Origin: Antedon mediterranea
Taxonomy: Eukaryota; Animalia; Echinodermata
Length of the DNA stretch: 64,000 nt
Assembly: GCF_964355755.1 (NCBI RefSeq)
Contig: NC_092671.1
Location: forward strand, 6,758,001-6,822,000
Direction: 5' to 3'
Shown here: piece after piece, positions 42,201 to 54,849 of the stretch
Position numbering within the stretch: position 1 is the stretch's first letter
How the letters are laid out: every line of letters starts with the position of its first letter
Translations under genes and position numbers: made by a program
Notes under the pieces: model-generated
The model's database searches: none
What the model saw: only the letters and a program-made list of their open reading frames with translations
What the model was told of the DNA's origin: nothing

Positions 42201-45200
42201 ATGGTGGTGATCGTTATTATCGAGATCGTGGTTATGACGGTAACATAACTAGCCATTGAAAAACCATCTAAAAATCAATCCTACAAACGATTTTGTTTAG
42301 TGAATATTTACATTATTATTTATTATTAGTTTTATCATGATATATATAAATATTGGTTTAGTATTTCAGTTACCTATAGGTGCAATTTTATTTATTGAAA
42401 CAATTTTCAATAACTTAACAAAACTTGATTATTCTCATTTTTGTCAGTTGTGGTAAGAAAATTTCCTTAGACTGAAAAATTGAATTATTCTATAGTTTAA
42501 ATAAACAAGATTGGTTTTCTGAAAACTGGTAACAAAAACCAACATTTGTTTACAGTCTAAATTTTCACATTTTGGACTACTATCGTTTGGTCATGAATGT
42601 AATTTTTTTGGTTGGAAGTGGGCAGAGTCTTCCACCAAGTCTAAAGCTTATTTTAAAGCCTTCCACCCTAACACAACACCCATCCAAAACCACTTTATGA
42701 CAGTACCCACTCCGAGATTGTTAACTCCCGTCCCTAGACTTTTCCCAGTTCTACATCCCTGTAGAATGGCTGGTTTTGGACGCATTGTATTTTTACTTTT
42801 CAGAATGTTGTCCTTTTGCTTTGTATTATTAATGTAAAACAAATTTCTTTTCAGGTTATGGAAGCAGAGACCAGGGATATAATAGGGACCGATATGGCGG
42901 TGATAGAGGTTACGGAGGAGATAGCGGGTATGGTGGGAACAGGAGCTATGGACGTGATAGGGGCTACAGAAACGATAGGAATTTCGGTCGGGATCAAGGT
43001 TATGGAAGAGATGGTTATGAACGAGACAGAAGAGGGTTTGACGACCAAGGTAATTGTGGCATTAACAATACATAAAACACATTAAAAATATGAAATAGAA
43101 AAGAACTGTCCTTGTGATAAGATTAAACAGATCTCTCATAATTGAACGAAAAATAGAAGCGAAGTTAAGTCTATGAGGAAAGAATACTGATCGTGAACAA
43201 AGAACTTTAGTTGGAGATGAGGAATAAATGTAAAAAAATAATAATAAACAACTAATAAAATATATATATAAATAAATTGGCTTGCTTGGGGGGGGGGCAG
43301 TTTAAAACAATGAAAAGAAAGCTTGATAGTATTAAAAGGATTGTTAGAGTAGTGGCTGGAAAGACATTTAATGCCTTTGCTGTAGTGGATATTTACACCA
43401 ATTTCTTGGGGTTTAATCTTCATTCCACAATTCAGATTTAAGTATTCCAATGACCAAAAAAACATTGGGATTCACTTCCCATGAAGAATCTCCCTAGTGT
43501 ACTGTACTTACATTTTAGAACCTTATTTGATTTATATAGGTAGTCGTGGCTATGGTGATAGAGACGGTGGATATCAGGATGCACCTAGTAGTGATGGTAA
43601 GTGCTCTGACATTAGGGAGCTTTTACATGTAACGTTAACTTTAACGGATGATGTCAAAATTCTACTCATTTGCATAACAGTTGCGTTTATTGTTTGGCTT
43701 AATTAAAAACATAACTTTAAATTTGCCATTTGTTTTTATAATTATCTTACAGAATTTAATGATTCTTCCATGTTTCGATACCAATCTGTTAATGTTTTTC
43801 ATTGACGCTATTTTTCAGAAATAAGATTCTAGACACGTAATTAAAGTTGTTCGTAATGCTTGTGCACGCACAGATCGATTTGTTTACAAAGTGGGTAGAG
43901 CTTATGCATTGCATGTTGGGAAACAATGTTAAAGTTAACATTTACATGCTCATGCGAAAGCTCTCTATTGAAAAAACTCATTGTTACTCTTATAAATGTA
44001 TTATTCTTTTACAATTGGAGTGTTAGATTGAATTAGATAAATGAATAGAGCAACAACATTTCAAGTGAAAAAGTCCAACGTTTATTAAATCTTAACATAA
44101 ATTTTAATTATTGAAAACATAAATATATATATAATACATTTAGTCAACATTGTTAAACTATTATTCTAAATTAGAGCCTGTACGAGAGAGAAAAAAATTA
44201 GTTTTAAAACCAAGAACACAGCCAGTTGAAACGCCTGCTGCCCCTAAGCAGCCTGAATCCAAACCAAGTCAATCTTCAATATTTGGTGGTGCTAAGCCAG
44301 TTGACACGGCCGCTAAAGAGAGGCAAATAGAAGAAAGATTAAGGCGGGAACAAGAATCTGAGAAGGCAGAAGTAGAAGAATCAAGACGAAACCGGTAAAA
44401 GACATTTATTGTTTTGGGTATAAAAAAAACATAAATGTATAAATTTACAATTTAAATCCGTCAAAAAAAAAGCACCCTGTACTTTACTTACTCAATAAAA
44501 TAATCAGTTATGTTGTACTTGTTCATCTGATTGCTAATATTCTTAAAGTATCAGATACAAAATATTCAATAAAAATATAATACAATCTATTTTAATCCAG
44601 ACAAATAAATCGGGAGAGACCACGGCGAGATAGTGAAAGGTCAAATGACGAAGGTCGAACGAGGCATAGCAGTTCAAGTTCAACTGGAAAAGGACCAAAG
44701 CCAGGTTTGATTTGTTTCTTTCTGATAACATTATTTTTAAATTCTATCAAAATATCTGGTTTGCAAATTTAAGTTAAGTATTGTAGACTTTTGTTATGTT
44801 GGTTTAAAATAAAATAAACTTTAATTCTAATGTAATATGTGGTATGATATTTGTTTTTTTTTAAAGTTATGCTAAGGAGGGAGAGTGAAAGGTCAGATGA
44901 TGAATCGAAGAAGGATGATCAACCCCTTTCCCCAAAATCGCCGACTTCCCCACCCCCTAGGAAAGAAGATCCTTCTAAGGTGCTAGTACCTGCTCCAGCA
45001 CCAAAAGAAAATGTTTGGGCACGTCGAAGTGAAGGTGTAACCTCACCAAAATCGGAAACGGCCCCTGCACCCACATCAAATTCTTCAAGTTCAGGGCAAA
45101 GAAAAGGTATTTGATATATTTGATTTATATGTAAAGAGTGTGATTTGAACAATACCATGAAATCCCCAGTAGTCTAATAGTGAGGTGTTTGCATATTAAG

Positions 45201-45984
45201 CAGAGATTCCTAGTTTGAATGACAGTTTTTCTCTGTCTATTCTTTGTCATATTTATTTATAATTAATTTATATTTCATTCGTATTTTTATATGTTTTTTA
45301 GATTATAAGCCACCACAAGGCAGAGGTAGAGATCGGAATGATAGAGATCGCAATGACCGCGATCGAAATGACCGCAACTTGAGTGATAGAAAACCACCAC
45401 ATAGGGATCAGACTCGGGAGATTCAGAAAAAAACTGAAAAAGTCAGAAAACCAAGAGAAATCCCAAAATATGAAGAAAAATCGGCACCAGTAAGATATGT
45501 TCTAAATATTTTTATTTAGTATCAATTCAACGTACAACAATAAAGATGAATTGGATGCATATCAGCCACTTTTAAATTAAGATTAATGACATCGGACTTT
45601 GAATAGGCCATTTTGCAATTTCAATGAAGTTATTCACAAAAGAAATGGTTAATTAACCAAAAACCATTGTCTGACAGACAATTTAGGTATTTTTTGCAAA
45701 GACATTAAAATGGCATATTCAACAAAAAAATTGACAAGTGATCTAAAATTCATAAATAATACACAAATAATTGGGCTAGGCTAATAGGTCTGGTTTTCCA
45801 GAAAATTGAATCGAAAGTGTTTTAAATGGTGAAATAGAATTTGGGACCGTTTTGGACCTTGAGAAATGGCTGGTTTTGGTACGATTTTCTAATTTTGTAT
45901 GTCTTCTTTTTTTCAAAGGATTTTACTCAGAAGAATAAATTTGCTGGTTTAGAACAAGAAGACAATCTGTTTGAAGACGATTGA
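36277..45984 (+). CDS. EIF4B: Eukaryotic translation initiation factor 4B
   Basis: Exons 36277-36289 (MASA), 37904/37907-38047 (KGKKLNLNEFL...SWAD), 38276-38472 (LPTAPR...PPYTVFIGNLPYD, RNP2), 39042-39270 (KGFGYAE, RNP1; RRIRVDLA), DRYG exons 39789-39800, 40035-40100, 40809-40910, 41394-41510, 42165-42239, 42855-43049 and 43540-43596, then 44175-44394 (RKKLVLKPR...SIFGGAKPVDTAAKERQIEERL), 44601-44704, 44867-45106 (PAPAPKENVW), 45302-45489, 45919-45984 (NKFAGL...TGA). Confidence 0.95.
40262..40516 (-). mobile_element. tRNA-derived SINE (family B) with poly(A) tail
   Basis: Minus strand AGAGTGGAGTTGTGGCTTGATGG...CCTGGGTTCAAGTCCC (B box)...CCCTCATTAAATATGGTT followed by poly(A). Plus-strand copy at 59936-60153; related head near 21360-21463. 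Confidence 0.8.
41054..41090 (-). other. Minimal hammerhead-ribozyme-like motif (Penelope-type), mutated
   Basis: Minus strand GCA-CTGATGA-A-GGGC-TAGTGTT-GCCC-AAAA-GC-TC-CGC; the expected GAAA reads AAAA. It lies at the end of a repeat (40940-41090) whose other end matches 29773-29820. Confidence 0.5.
41760..42124. mobile_element. Degenerate TA-flanked Tc1/mariner-pogo-type MITE
   Basis: Ends TACAG...ACCTC...GGGACA and GTCCCTTAGTAGAGCTTCTACTGTA, with repeated GGGACA/GGGAACACCTCTA subterminal motifs. Confidence 0.5.
43614..43966. mobile_element. MITE with 3-bp TSD (PIF/Harbinger-like)
   Basis: ATT-AGGGAGCTTT...GTTAACTTTAAC and GTTAAAGTTAAC...AAAGCTCTCT-ATT. Confidence 0.65.
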
Positions 45985-47721
45985 ACAGTGAATCGTAAAT
46001 ACACAAGTATGGGAAAAAAAGTTTTTATAATAGAAATCGAAAAAAAAAATTAACTTCTTAATGGTAAAGATATAGCTGTAAAGTTTTGACTGCTATGCTA
46101 CTATATGAATAAATAGGGAAAGTGGTCTGTTCTATTATATAGTTCCCTAGTTATTAAATTGTTGGGTTGCAAACTCTTGTATAACTATCTTAGAGTTTTC
46201 ATTCGGGAATAAATATTTTATTCATTGTAATAAATAAGTCTGTAATTCAGAGTCGTGAAATCGGAAATTACACGTGTTTGATTATTTAATTCATTAGTCT
46301 TGAAATCGATGTACATTAAATTGCATATCTGTATAAGATTATTTGGATCAAATTTGTCTTTTTAAAAGTCAGAAATAATGACATCATTATTGAATAATCC
46401 AATTGATTTAGACGATAATTTGTATTTGATCTTGTTGATAAGTGAAATTTATCTGTAACCTGTGCATGTTGTCTTCTTTTAAATAAATCAAGTGAGCTAA
46501 TTAAAAATGGTCTGTCCTAAAAGGTCTATTTCTATTGAATAAAGTGCTGTACCGCAAACAACAAATTTATCTTATGTTGCAAAAAACATGGATAATAAGT
46601 AATTACTTTTAGATCTGTGCAAATAGACCGATCAGGATTTTATAATTATTATTTCTAGTTTATTCTTCAAAAGCCAAAAAAATTGTTGATACTGTATCTA
46701 GATTTCGTCAGTATCAGGAAGATTCCATAATACAGCTTTCATGTGTTTTACATGTAACGCCTATTATAATAACCTAACCTTTGACCCAACATTCCATGAC
46801 ACAGGCACCACATGTGGTACACATAAGATGTTGTATTATACAACTTATGATAGTTACTGGCCAAATTGTGGCCAAAACCACTAGTTGATCATTTAAACCT
46901 GTTGGGCAGGCTGCCCGTTAGGCAGTCAACCTTCAGAATGTGTCCAGTGGGTGCATCAAAATAAGCCTATTATTGTAATCATCACCAAATGAATTTGACT
47001 ACTGCTGTATTCTTTTTTGCTTGGCATTGTGCTTTTAAATTTTAAAAGAAATTTTAAAAAACTAATCCCTATTTCACAATCTTTACAATAAATCATCTTT
47101 TTGTGATTTAATAACCTTCTTGCAAATTCAATGGATTACATAAAGTTTAATATAAGTTTGTTTTTTTAAATTCATTTTCACAGTAATTCTTCGGGGCACC
47201 TCCAAACAAACCATCACTGGTCATAAACAATAAACCAAAACATTCTGATAGGATAAACATATTGTTTATGTAAAATTGATTTCAGAAATTAAAATAATTC
47301 AGAGAAAACTTATACATAATTAACGCGTAATTGCTTTATAAAACTTAATACATTATCGCTAATTTCTAATAAAGCTTGGATGAAACGCAATGACGTAGGC
47401 ACAATGCAAATGAGTTGATGACCAATCAGAAGCGACAGTTTGGATGGTCCATCGCGTCGTGATTGGTCAAATTACTTGCGGCGCGCTTACGTCCTTGCTA
47501 GTGGGATCCAAGCATTTATCGCCACAAGTGTAGTGCATTTCACGACGACGTTATACTCGTAAAATAAATCTTAATGTAAAAGGCTATATGTATTACCCAT
47601 TTATTCAGCTGCTTAAAATGTTCAATTCAAATATTGCACGATTTGTGCTTTAGAACATGATACGTAATAAACCACATCAGTTCCAGTATTGATTAGTATA
47701 CGATAGTTGATGTACGCGACT

Positions 47722-50700
47722 CTACGGGGAATATTGCTGCTGTGGTATGTTTTGGTGGGAAACTGACGAAGGAGGTAGGCCTTGATGGATAGCAGGTACA
47801 GGAGGTAGCTGATGGTGAGAGCTTGGCATCATAGATCTTTGGTTCAATAATTGGCGAAGAGCGTTCGATTCTTCTCTCAGTGTATTCAACTGCGCATGTA
47901 ACATGGCGTTTTCTTTCTCAAGAAAGCTAGCCCGCATCCCGATGTGTTCCTCTCGTATCTTACGAGCGTCTCTTGATCTCTTCGCGGCTAGATTGTTCCG
48001 TTTCCGACGTTCAAAGTAACGGTCGTCTTTGTCGTCGTCGCATACAGCTCGTTTGTTATTTCTTCTTTTTGATCTCTTCTTGGGACCTTAAATAAAAGAA
48101 AACGTATTTAAATCATTGGTACTATTCTCGATATATAAATATTTAGTTAACAGAAAGAGACACAGCCCAACCAAGAATTAAACTCTGTCTCTGAGTGTAT
48201 CCGTTGAATTGACACTAAACATCACATAAATTAATAATAATAATAACAGGATTTTTATAGCGCACATACCACCACTCAAGAGTGCTCAAGGCGCAATAAA
48301 TTCGTTGCCGTAAAAACATATAAAACTCCCGCATTCGATTCAACTTTTCTTAAGCTTGGTTCCCACTAGAACGTAACGCAAGGACGTAAACGCAACGCAA
48401 GCGTTTTAACCAGTGACAAGCGAAGTTATAGACAATCAGCAATCACAAGCGAATAAGCCATCGCTTGTGATTGGTCAATTCACTTGCGTTGCGTTACGTC
48501 CTTGTGTTGCGTCGCTAGTGGGGAACCACGCTTTAGTCTCACCGGTCAGTCTTTCTTGGCGACTTATATTATCCATAACCTATACAATAATTGAAATGAA
48601 TTTTAAATACTGACAGCGACGAAGAGTGGACTGGCATTTCTCAATCTCTATTTCATTATTGAATACTTACCGGGAACGTCATCATCGTCGTCGTCCTCTA
48701 ACATATCGTCCTCTAGTTCGTCATCAAGTTGCTGTTGGTGCATGCCATGAACCATGTGATGGTTGAAAGAATACGATGACGATTCAGGACCCGGATTTGG
48801 AATCTGCTGAAAGCTGTTAGATTGTGAGTTGTTTTGTTGTAACATCATCATCTGCGAAGCGTTTACTGGACCGGGCATATTTAACATGTTGAATTGAGAT
48901 GGTAGAGGTGGAACCATGTTTGATGAGTTCGACGTTTGTCCAGACATCATGCCATTGTCAGGAATCATGTTTAATAAGATACGTCTCTTGTCTTCCTCTT
49001 GATCTTTTTCATCTGCCGACTCTATTAAAATAGAATAAAATATTGTAATAAATACATAAAAATTATGCAGTTACTGATCTATCAATTCAACAAATTGTAA
49101 TAACTTGTTAATCAATAATTAATATCAATCAATAATTTTCAATCATCAGTTGTCGTGGTGTCATCAATCATCGTCGATCACTTCCTGTACAATGTATTGT
49201 AGGAATACTGTAAATATCGATTACCATTATTGAACTTGTAGAAAAGGCGTTTTCCATCTATCAAGTAAAATATAGTTACTTACGTGACTCGCCAGGCGGC
49301 GTAGGTGGCATTGTCTGCTGCTTCTGTCTATTTTCCATTGAATGCGGCACAATACCATGTGGTAAATTAACTGAATTTATTATAATTCCATTTGGAACCG
49401 GTATCGGCATTTGCTGCTGCTGCTGCTGGAGTATTTGATTTCCTATCGTCTGATTTGCCTGTGAAAGTCTATGCGCGGCCGAGTGTTCATCATCCGCGCC
49501 CATGACAACATTATAGTTTTGTGGCGTTGCATTTTGAATGACGTTCGTGTGGACAGGCTGTGCGTAGTTTTGCATATAGTAACCATTATTGCTACCTTTG
49601 TTTATAAAAGAAGAACATGTTAGTTAATTTAATAATAATCATATTAAAAGAATAATTGTAGGCCCTAGTAATGCGAAAAGAATTACAAATTCGACATTTC
49701 AATATTGTACTGTACAGTACTACAAGATAACTGTATTTTTGTCCTTATAAATAATGTTAATGTACCATGGATGTACAAAATGTAAATTTACCATGATTGT
49801 AGACATTTCGAATTTTAAAAACGTCATTCAAAGTTTGCGAAATAATAAAATGGGTCTATAAATATAATTATACAGATTAAAGCACGAAGCCACATCAGTG
49901 TCAGTGAAACATACATTATTTATATTATTCAAGATACACATCAAATATTGTATGAAACATGAAAGTTTTTTTGATTTAGTTTCCGGGAGAACTTGCTAAT
50001 CGTTCATAATAATATATATTTACTGTAGGCCTATAGTTAAAATAATAAAGATGTATTGTCCTCCTGAAAAAAATAATGATTGAAACACTTGTTTTTTAAT
50101 ATGACATTTTAATGTCACTTAATAGTTTATCCACTTTGATAAAAAATTAGATCGAGAAGAAAAATTATTTACCTGAAAAAACTTGTAATTTAAATTTTTT
50201 AAATAGTCAAATTGGCTGCCAGTCAATGGATTTTTGGTTGAATTTGACAACTTATTTTGTCACTTGTCACTTTTTGTCAAGTGAAAACATTTTGTTTTCG
50301 TTATTTTTTTTTTTTTTTGGGGGGGGGGGGGGGACAATACATCTTTAACTGTTATCAAAAGACACTGTATAAACATGGGATTCAACAGTGTTTGTCATTG
50401 AAAACTCGAATGAATTGGTACTTGGCTATGCCAGGGAGAGCTTATTTTATCATGGTTTTATTTACGTATTCGCAGTTGGATGTTATATCTATATATAAAT
50501 TTACGTAAGGGCAAAATTCGATAAATCGCAGTTTATTTCTAGAATTTTTACTCGATGGTATATAAAGTTGGTTCGTACTTTCGGTACTGATTTTAACCAT
50601 CTGATGTAACCATGTTTACTAATTAAATTGAGTTAGATAATTAGTTATTGACAATTAAAACGAATTTAGGTTCAACGATTTGCCCCAAATAGGGTGTTTC

Positions 50701-53006
50701 GTGGTCGTGGTATACACTGTCTAATGGATGTCTAACTTGAAAAATACCCGCAGACAATAATGCAAGGATGCTTCGCATTTTCCTATCTCCTCCTACGATA
50801 ATTGTTTTTAATAGCTGAAAACCGGTTGAACAGCTCGAGTACAGCATCATAATGTTGAAGACAGGCCGATTTTCTTTAAAAAATACTATTTTGATAGATT
50901 TAATATACGTTTATACAAATGTTTTGATCTGCGATAAATGGAACATTCCAATCTCTGTTCCACAAGTGTCTATTCCCTCAGGCGTCGTAAAGACAAGTAC
51001 TGTACAGTCATAACAGAAATTCGATACATTTTTTTCCAATCTGTGGAATCCTTTTTTTTTAACGCATAATGAGCTAGCCTTTCCAGTCGCCGTCTATTAT
51101 GTACAATCAACTTTATTATTGCAGCTAAACCACCACCAACATCACCACCCTCCCCTCACTGGCATGAGTAGCGTTGTAAAGTCAGTAGAGGACAGGCCTA
51201 CAGTACGAATGATCAGTACATGCCCTAAACGCAGAACAACTTTGGTGGTTAGGAAACAACTTAATTTTCAATACAAGTTGGGTAGCATAATTGGCTCTAT
51301 GAAACACTTGACCATTAGGCCTACTAATTAAGTTGAGTTAGATAATTATTTATTGACGATTAAAGCGAATTTACGATTTGCCGCGATTAGAGGTGTTTAA
51401 TATATTACTGACAGTTCCTTCTGAACGTTTGTAATCATGTAACTTCAAAAAAATATAAACGTCGTATTAGAGTGATGTATCGTTACATGTACTGTACTAT
51501 TTCAATCGACTATGACGGTGACAGTTTCAACAAAGTATTAAATCGCAATGTTTTACTGTGTTTACTGGTATATTATTTGTAAAACATGAAAACAATTCAT
51601 ATTTCGTTACTAAATCGATAAAGAATATATTTAAAAATTGTTCGTCTTTGCATCCATCCTCTTCCCCATCCCTCAACCCAAATGTTACATACAAAACACA
51701 AATTCAGTTTGTTTCTTATTTTGTGACAAACTTCTTTTTCGGAAGTAATTCCCGGGGTGCTAATTTTAGTTGAGTACATAAATCACCGTGTCTATTTATT
51801 CGTTCCTGTAAACAACATGTATTATTGTCCTGCATGTGCATTTGAAGTCGCCAGTTTTTTAAACGCTGAAATTACTATGTATTCGAGAACCATCTGTGGG
51901 CACGACCTAGATGGTACGCGAGCGAAGCGAGCGTACCATCTAGTTATAACAATGTACGCAACAAAAAAGTGTACTATAACAACCAGTAGGCTATGTATAC
52001 CATGCAAATTACTACCATTTAAATGTACAGCTGAAATTAAATTTGTTAAATCTATTCAGCGTGACCATCTATGACGTAACAATTTAAGTGGACAATGTCC
52101 TTCAAACAATGCGTTCCACTTCTTAAATAGGGGTATAAACCATGTGGGCCTAAATATTTGTTTAAATGAAGAATATTCAGAATTAAAAGTTTTAAATAGA
52201 ATAATTGTTTGTTTTTAAACTTTAAACAAGATTTTGTAATATTAAGTATAGGAAATAATATTTAAAAATGTTTGTAAAATCTATTTTAAAAATGGAATGT
52301 TCCGGTATGCTTAAAACTTGCATTCTAAATTTTGCATTTTACCTTTTTTTCTTAATAATTAACGTTATTTCTTGTATTTACTGTACATATTACTATTTTA
52401 TCATATTCATTGGTACATCATGAATACATAGAAAATACTTTAGAACCGACCTAAACGTAACAAATCTATTATCTTTAATAATTGAAGGCGTCGTTTAGAA
52501 ATCGGCAAAGCGTCTCGTCTTTCATGTATTGTACAACATTACGCAAGATGGCGAAATCTGTTTGCATAGGTAATTACACTGTATGGGTGTTAGTGGAATG
52601 TACTTGAAAATTACGAAAACTTACGTAATGTGGTATTTTATTATATAAAGCAGTCTTAACACTTGAATGAAACCAGACACAACATAACTCTTCGTGCGAT
52701 CTGACCAAACATTATGTGTACTCTAAAAAGTGTATATAATGTAGTAAACGATTTTGTTTAACTTCTCGACACAGCGTTAGGCCTTTTGACTTCGTAAGGC
52801 CATCTGCTTTGTTGTGTTTTTTTAAAAATATCAAGTGAATTCTTTTCGATTCCGAAAATGTGATGTTTTAGGCGGCCTTGTTTGTTTAACGTAGGCGCTA
52901 TTTATGTCTCTATTATTAAATTAAGTAACAGTAGTACGAAAGCTTTGTAATACAAAAAATGCGATCATAATAAATTCTGTAATTGTAACCTACCTGATAC
53001 GTCCAT
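47722..53006 (-). CDS. PAR-related bZIP transcription factor (HLF/TEF/DBP superfamily; most like the CG7786/ces-2/giant-type branch)
   Basis: Exons 53006-52994 (MDVS, phase 1), 49595-49284 (Q-rich), 49021-48671 (M/Q/N-rich, acidic), 48086-47722 (KDDRYFERRKRNNLAAKRSRDARKIREEHIGMRASFLEKENAMLHAQLNTLREE). Exon 1 is inferred from phase and a TATA-like TATATAAAG about 100 bp upstream. Confidence 0.88.
48231..48294 (-). mobile_element. L2-LINE/SINE-type 3' tail fragment
   Basis: Minus strand GCGCCTTGAGCAC...GTGCGCTATAAAAATCC followed by (TAT)n. A similar tail lies near 6660-6772. Confidence 0.55.
48352..48533. mobile_element. Palindromic MITE family A, full copy
   Basis: Nearly identical to 495-675, with TIRs AAGCTTGGTTCCCACTAG and CTAGTGGGGAACCACGCTT. 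Confidence 0.88.
50049..50344. mobile_element. TTAA-type (Kolobok-like) MITE
   Basis: ATAA-AGATGTATTGTCC...GGACAATACATCT-TTAA. The same left end TTAAAGATGTATTGTCC occurs at 85-101. Confidence 0.7.
51907..51943. mobile_element. Mini Helitron-like palindrome
   Basis: CTAGATGGTACGC-GAGCGAAGCGA-GCGTACCATCTAG: 13-bp arms around a GCGAAGC mini-loop, with CTAG termini. Confidence 0.55.
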
Positions 53007-53269
53007 TTCGGGGTTTATACAGGCGTAAGTTTGTCAGTTTAAATCGTGATTTTCTATGTCTTCTTCGCAGGAATTGTTATTTCTGTGTAAACTAAGTACT
53101 TTATATAACGATGTTACTTAAACATAATTATTAAAGTTGCTAATATTAATATTTCTCCAATAAATTTACGACGTGGCCTTCAATTGTTCGTTCTGATATT
53201 TCCTTTCCATTTGTGCAGTGTTGCTCTACCGACAATTAAGCTGAATGCGTAATGACTGGTGTTCATGTG

Positions 53270-53279
53270 ATTACGTAAT
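53270..53279. promoter_or_regulatory. Perfect PAR-bZIP/D-box site ATTACGTAAT upstream of the bZIP gene
   Basis: Matches the RTTAYGTAAY consensus. Further TTACGTAA sites at 52621-52628 and 50501-50508. Confidence 0.55.
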
Positions 53280-53711
53280 AGGTGGTGTGCTTCATGATAA
53301 GCATGGTTTAGACAAAGGGCTGCATAGAGATTTCCTATTGTACAGTGCAGGCTTTACAGATGTATTCATACACTCGGAGGTGTCAATTAATTCATCATGA
53401 AGTTAATGTAGAAATGTGTGGGTAGATTTCTCCAATAGGTCTTAAATATAATTCAATTGTTTGATGAATGTTTTCTATTTAAAATGGTTAACATGGTTGG
53501 AGAGTTGTATCTTTTATTATATATATAGAAAAACAAATTTAAAAATTGAATAGTTTACCTTACTTGTTTGTGTTTTTTATCCTTGAACTTGTAAATATAA
53601 TTTTAATTTTGGAAAATGATTTTTTAATACTGTTTGTATGTTGACAGTCGATCGTCTGAAAAGAAACTTATTTAACTGTATTGGGGGCGCCATTTCTTTT
53701 ACAATTGCAAC

Positions 53712-54849
53712 ATGGCGAGGGATAGAATAATTCTTATTACAGAAAGTAAGTAAATGTTTTATTCGCTATCTAAAAGTAGGATTATCAGTTATAAAGTACA
53801 ATTTTTATTGACCGTAATTTTTTTTATCATATCGTTTTAATAGCAAACATAGTTTGATCAATTTTGGGAAGAATTTGTGATATAACCCGGAGGCCTAGCC
53901 TAGCTGTAGAGTAGGCTCTCTCCACTCTGCATACTGCCCTCTTCTCTTCCTGTGTCTCTCTGTGCATGGAGGTATGCTCTGTGTGAGTGTGACTACGTAC
54001 TACGGTAATTTGTAAGGGTAGGCCACACAGTGCTTGGATATTGCTCTCATCTTTAATTCCAGCAGGTTCAAACGATAAACACGTGATTACATACGTAAAT
54101 TAATTACTTAAAATACATACAATTTATTAGACCTTTTTTTAGGATGGATGTAAAATATATTTCCTTTCAGTTAGTATAATAGTATTATGTTATCAGGTTT
54201 ACCAGTTTTCATTAACAATAAAAATAATCTTTTGAAATAGGAAAATGATTATGTGACATTTGGACAAGAGGTTATACAGTTTAAAATTGCAGAAATCGTA
54301 AAAAAGATAAGAGTACTATTGAACAATGATCTTCAAACGTTTAAACCGCTGGTTTTTGTCTCAGAGACTGGAGCAGGTAAGTTTAATGTTGAACTGTACA
54401 CATTTTTGCATCATTGTGCTGGTTAAGTAAGAGGATTAACTAACTACACCTATTAAAATCAGCACAATGATAAAACAAGAAGTAGTTAGAGACGGATTGC
54501 CAGCGTAAATTTGTCCGAAAAGCTTATTTTTAAAATGTATATGTGTTCTGATTGGACTACTGCATCAATATTTGGCAGTTCTATTCAAATCAACTCGTGA
54601 ATCAAATGAATATGACAACTGTTTATTACAGTACCTTGGATTTGGTGCTTTTTAATTTCTTATATACATTTTAGTAATGTAATGTAATTTGTTTATTTGA
54701 CTAGGCTCCAGAGTTTGTGTCTGCTTACAGGATACCTCGTACAGCAACAACCGTTATCGTCCTCGGCCTGGCAATCTCGATCTTTAGTTCACATAGATTA
54801 TCAACAACATGTAAATGCAAACTAATCAAATCAGAATAGACAATGGTGA
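53712..54849 (+). other. Putative unannotated 3-exon transcript (lncRNA or microprotein gene with uORF)
   Basis: YY1-like motifs (GGCGCCATTT, AACATGGCG), donor A|GTAAGT after 53745, exon 54241-54376 with donor CAG|GTAAGT, acceptor before 54705. The first intron has the same CTAG-rich cluster as the housekeeping genes in this window. Confidence 0.5.
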
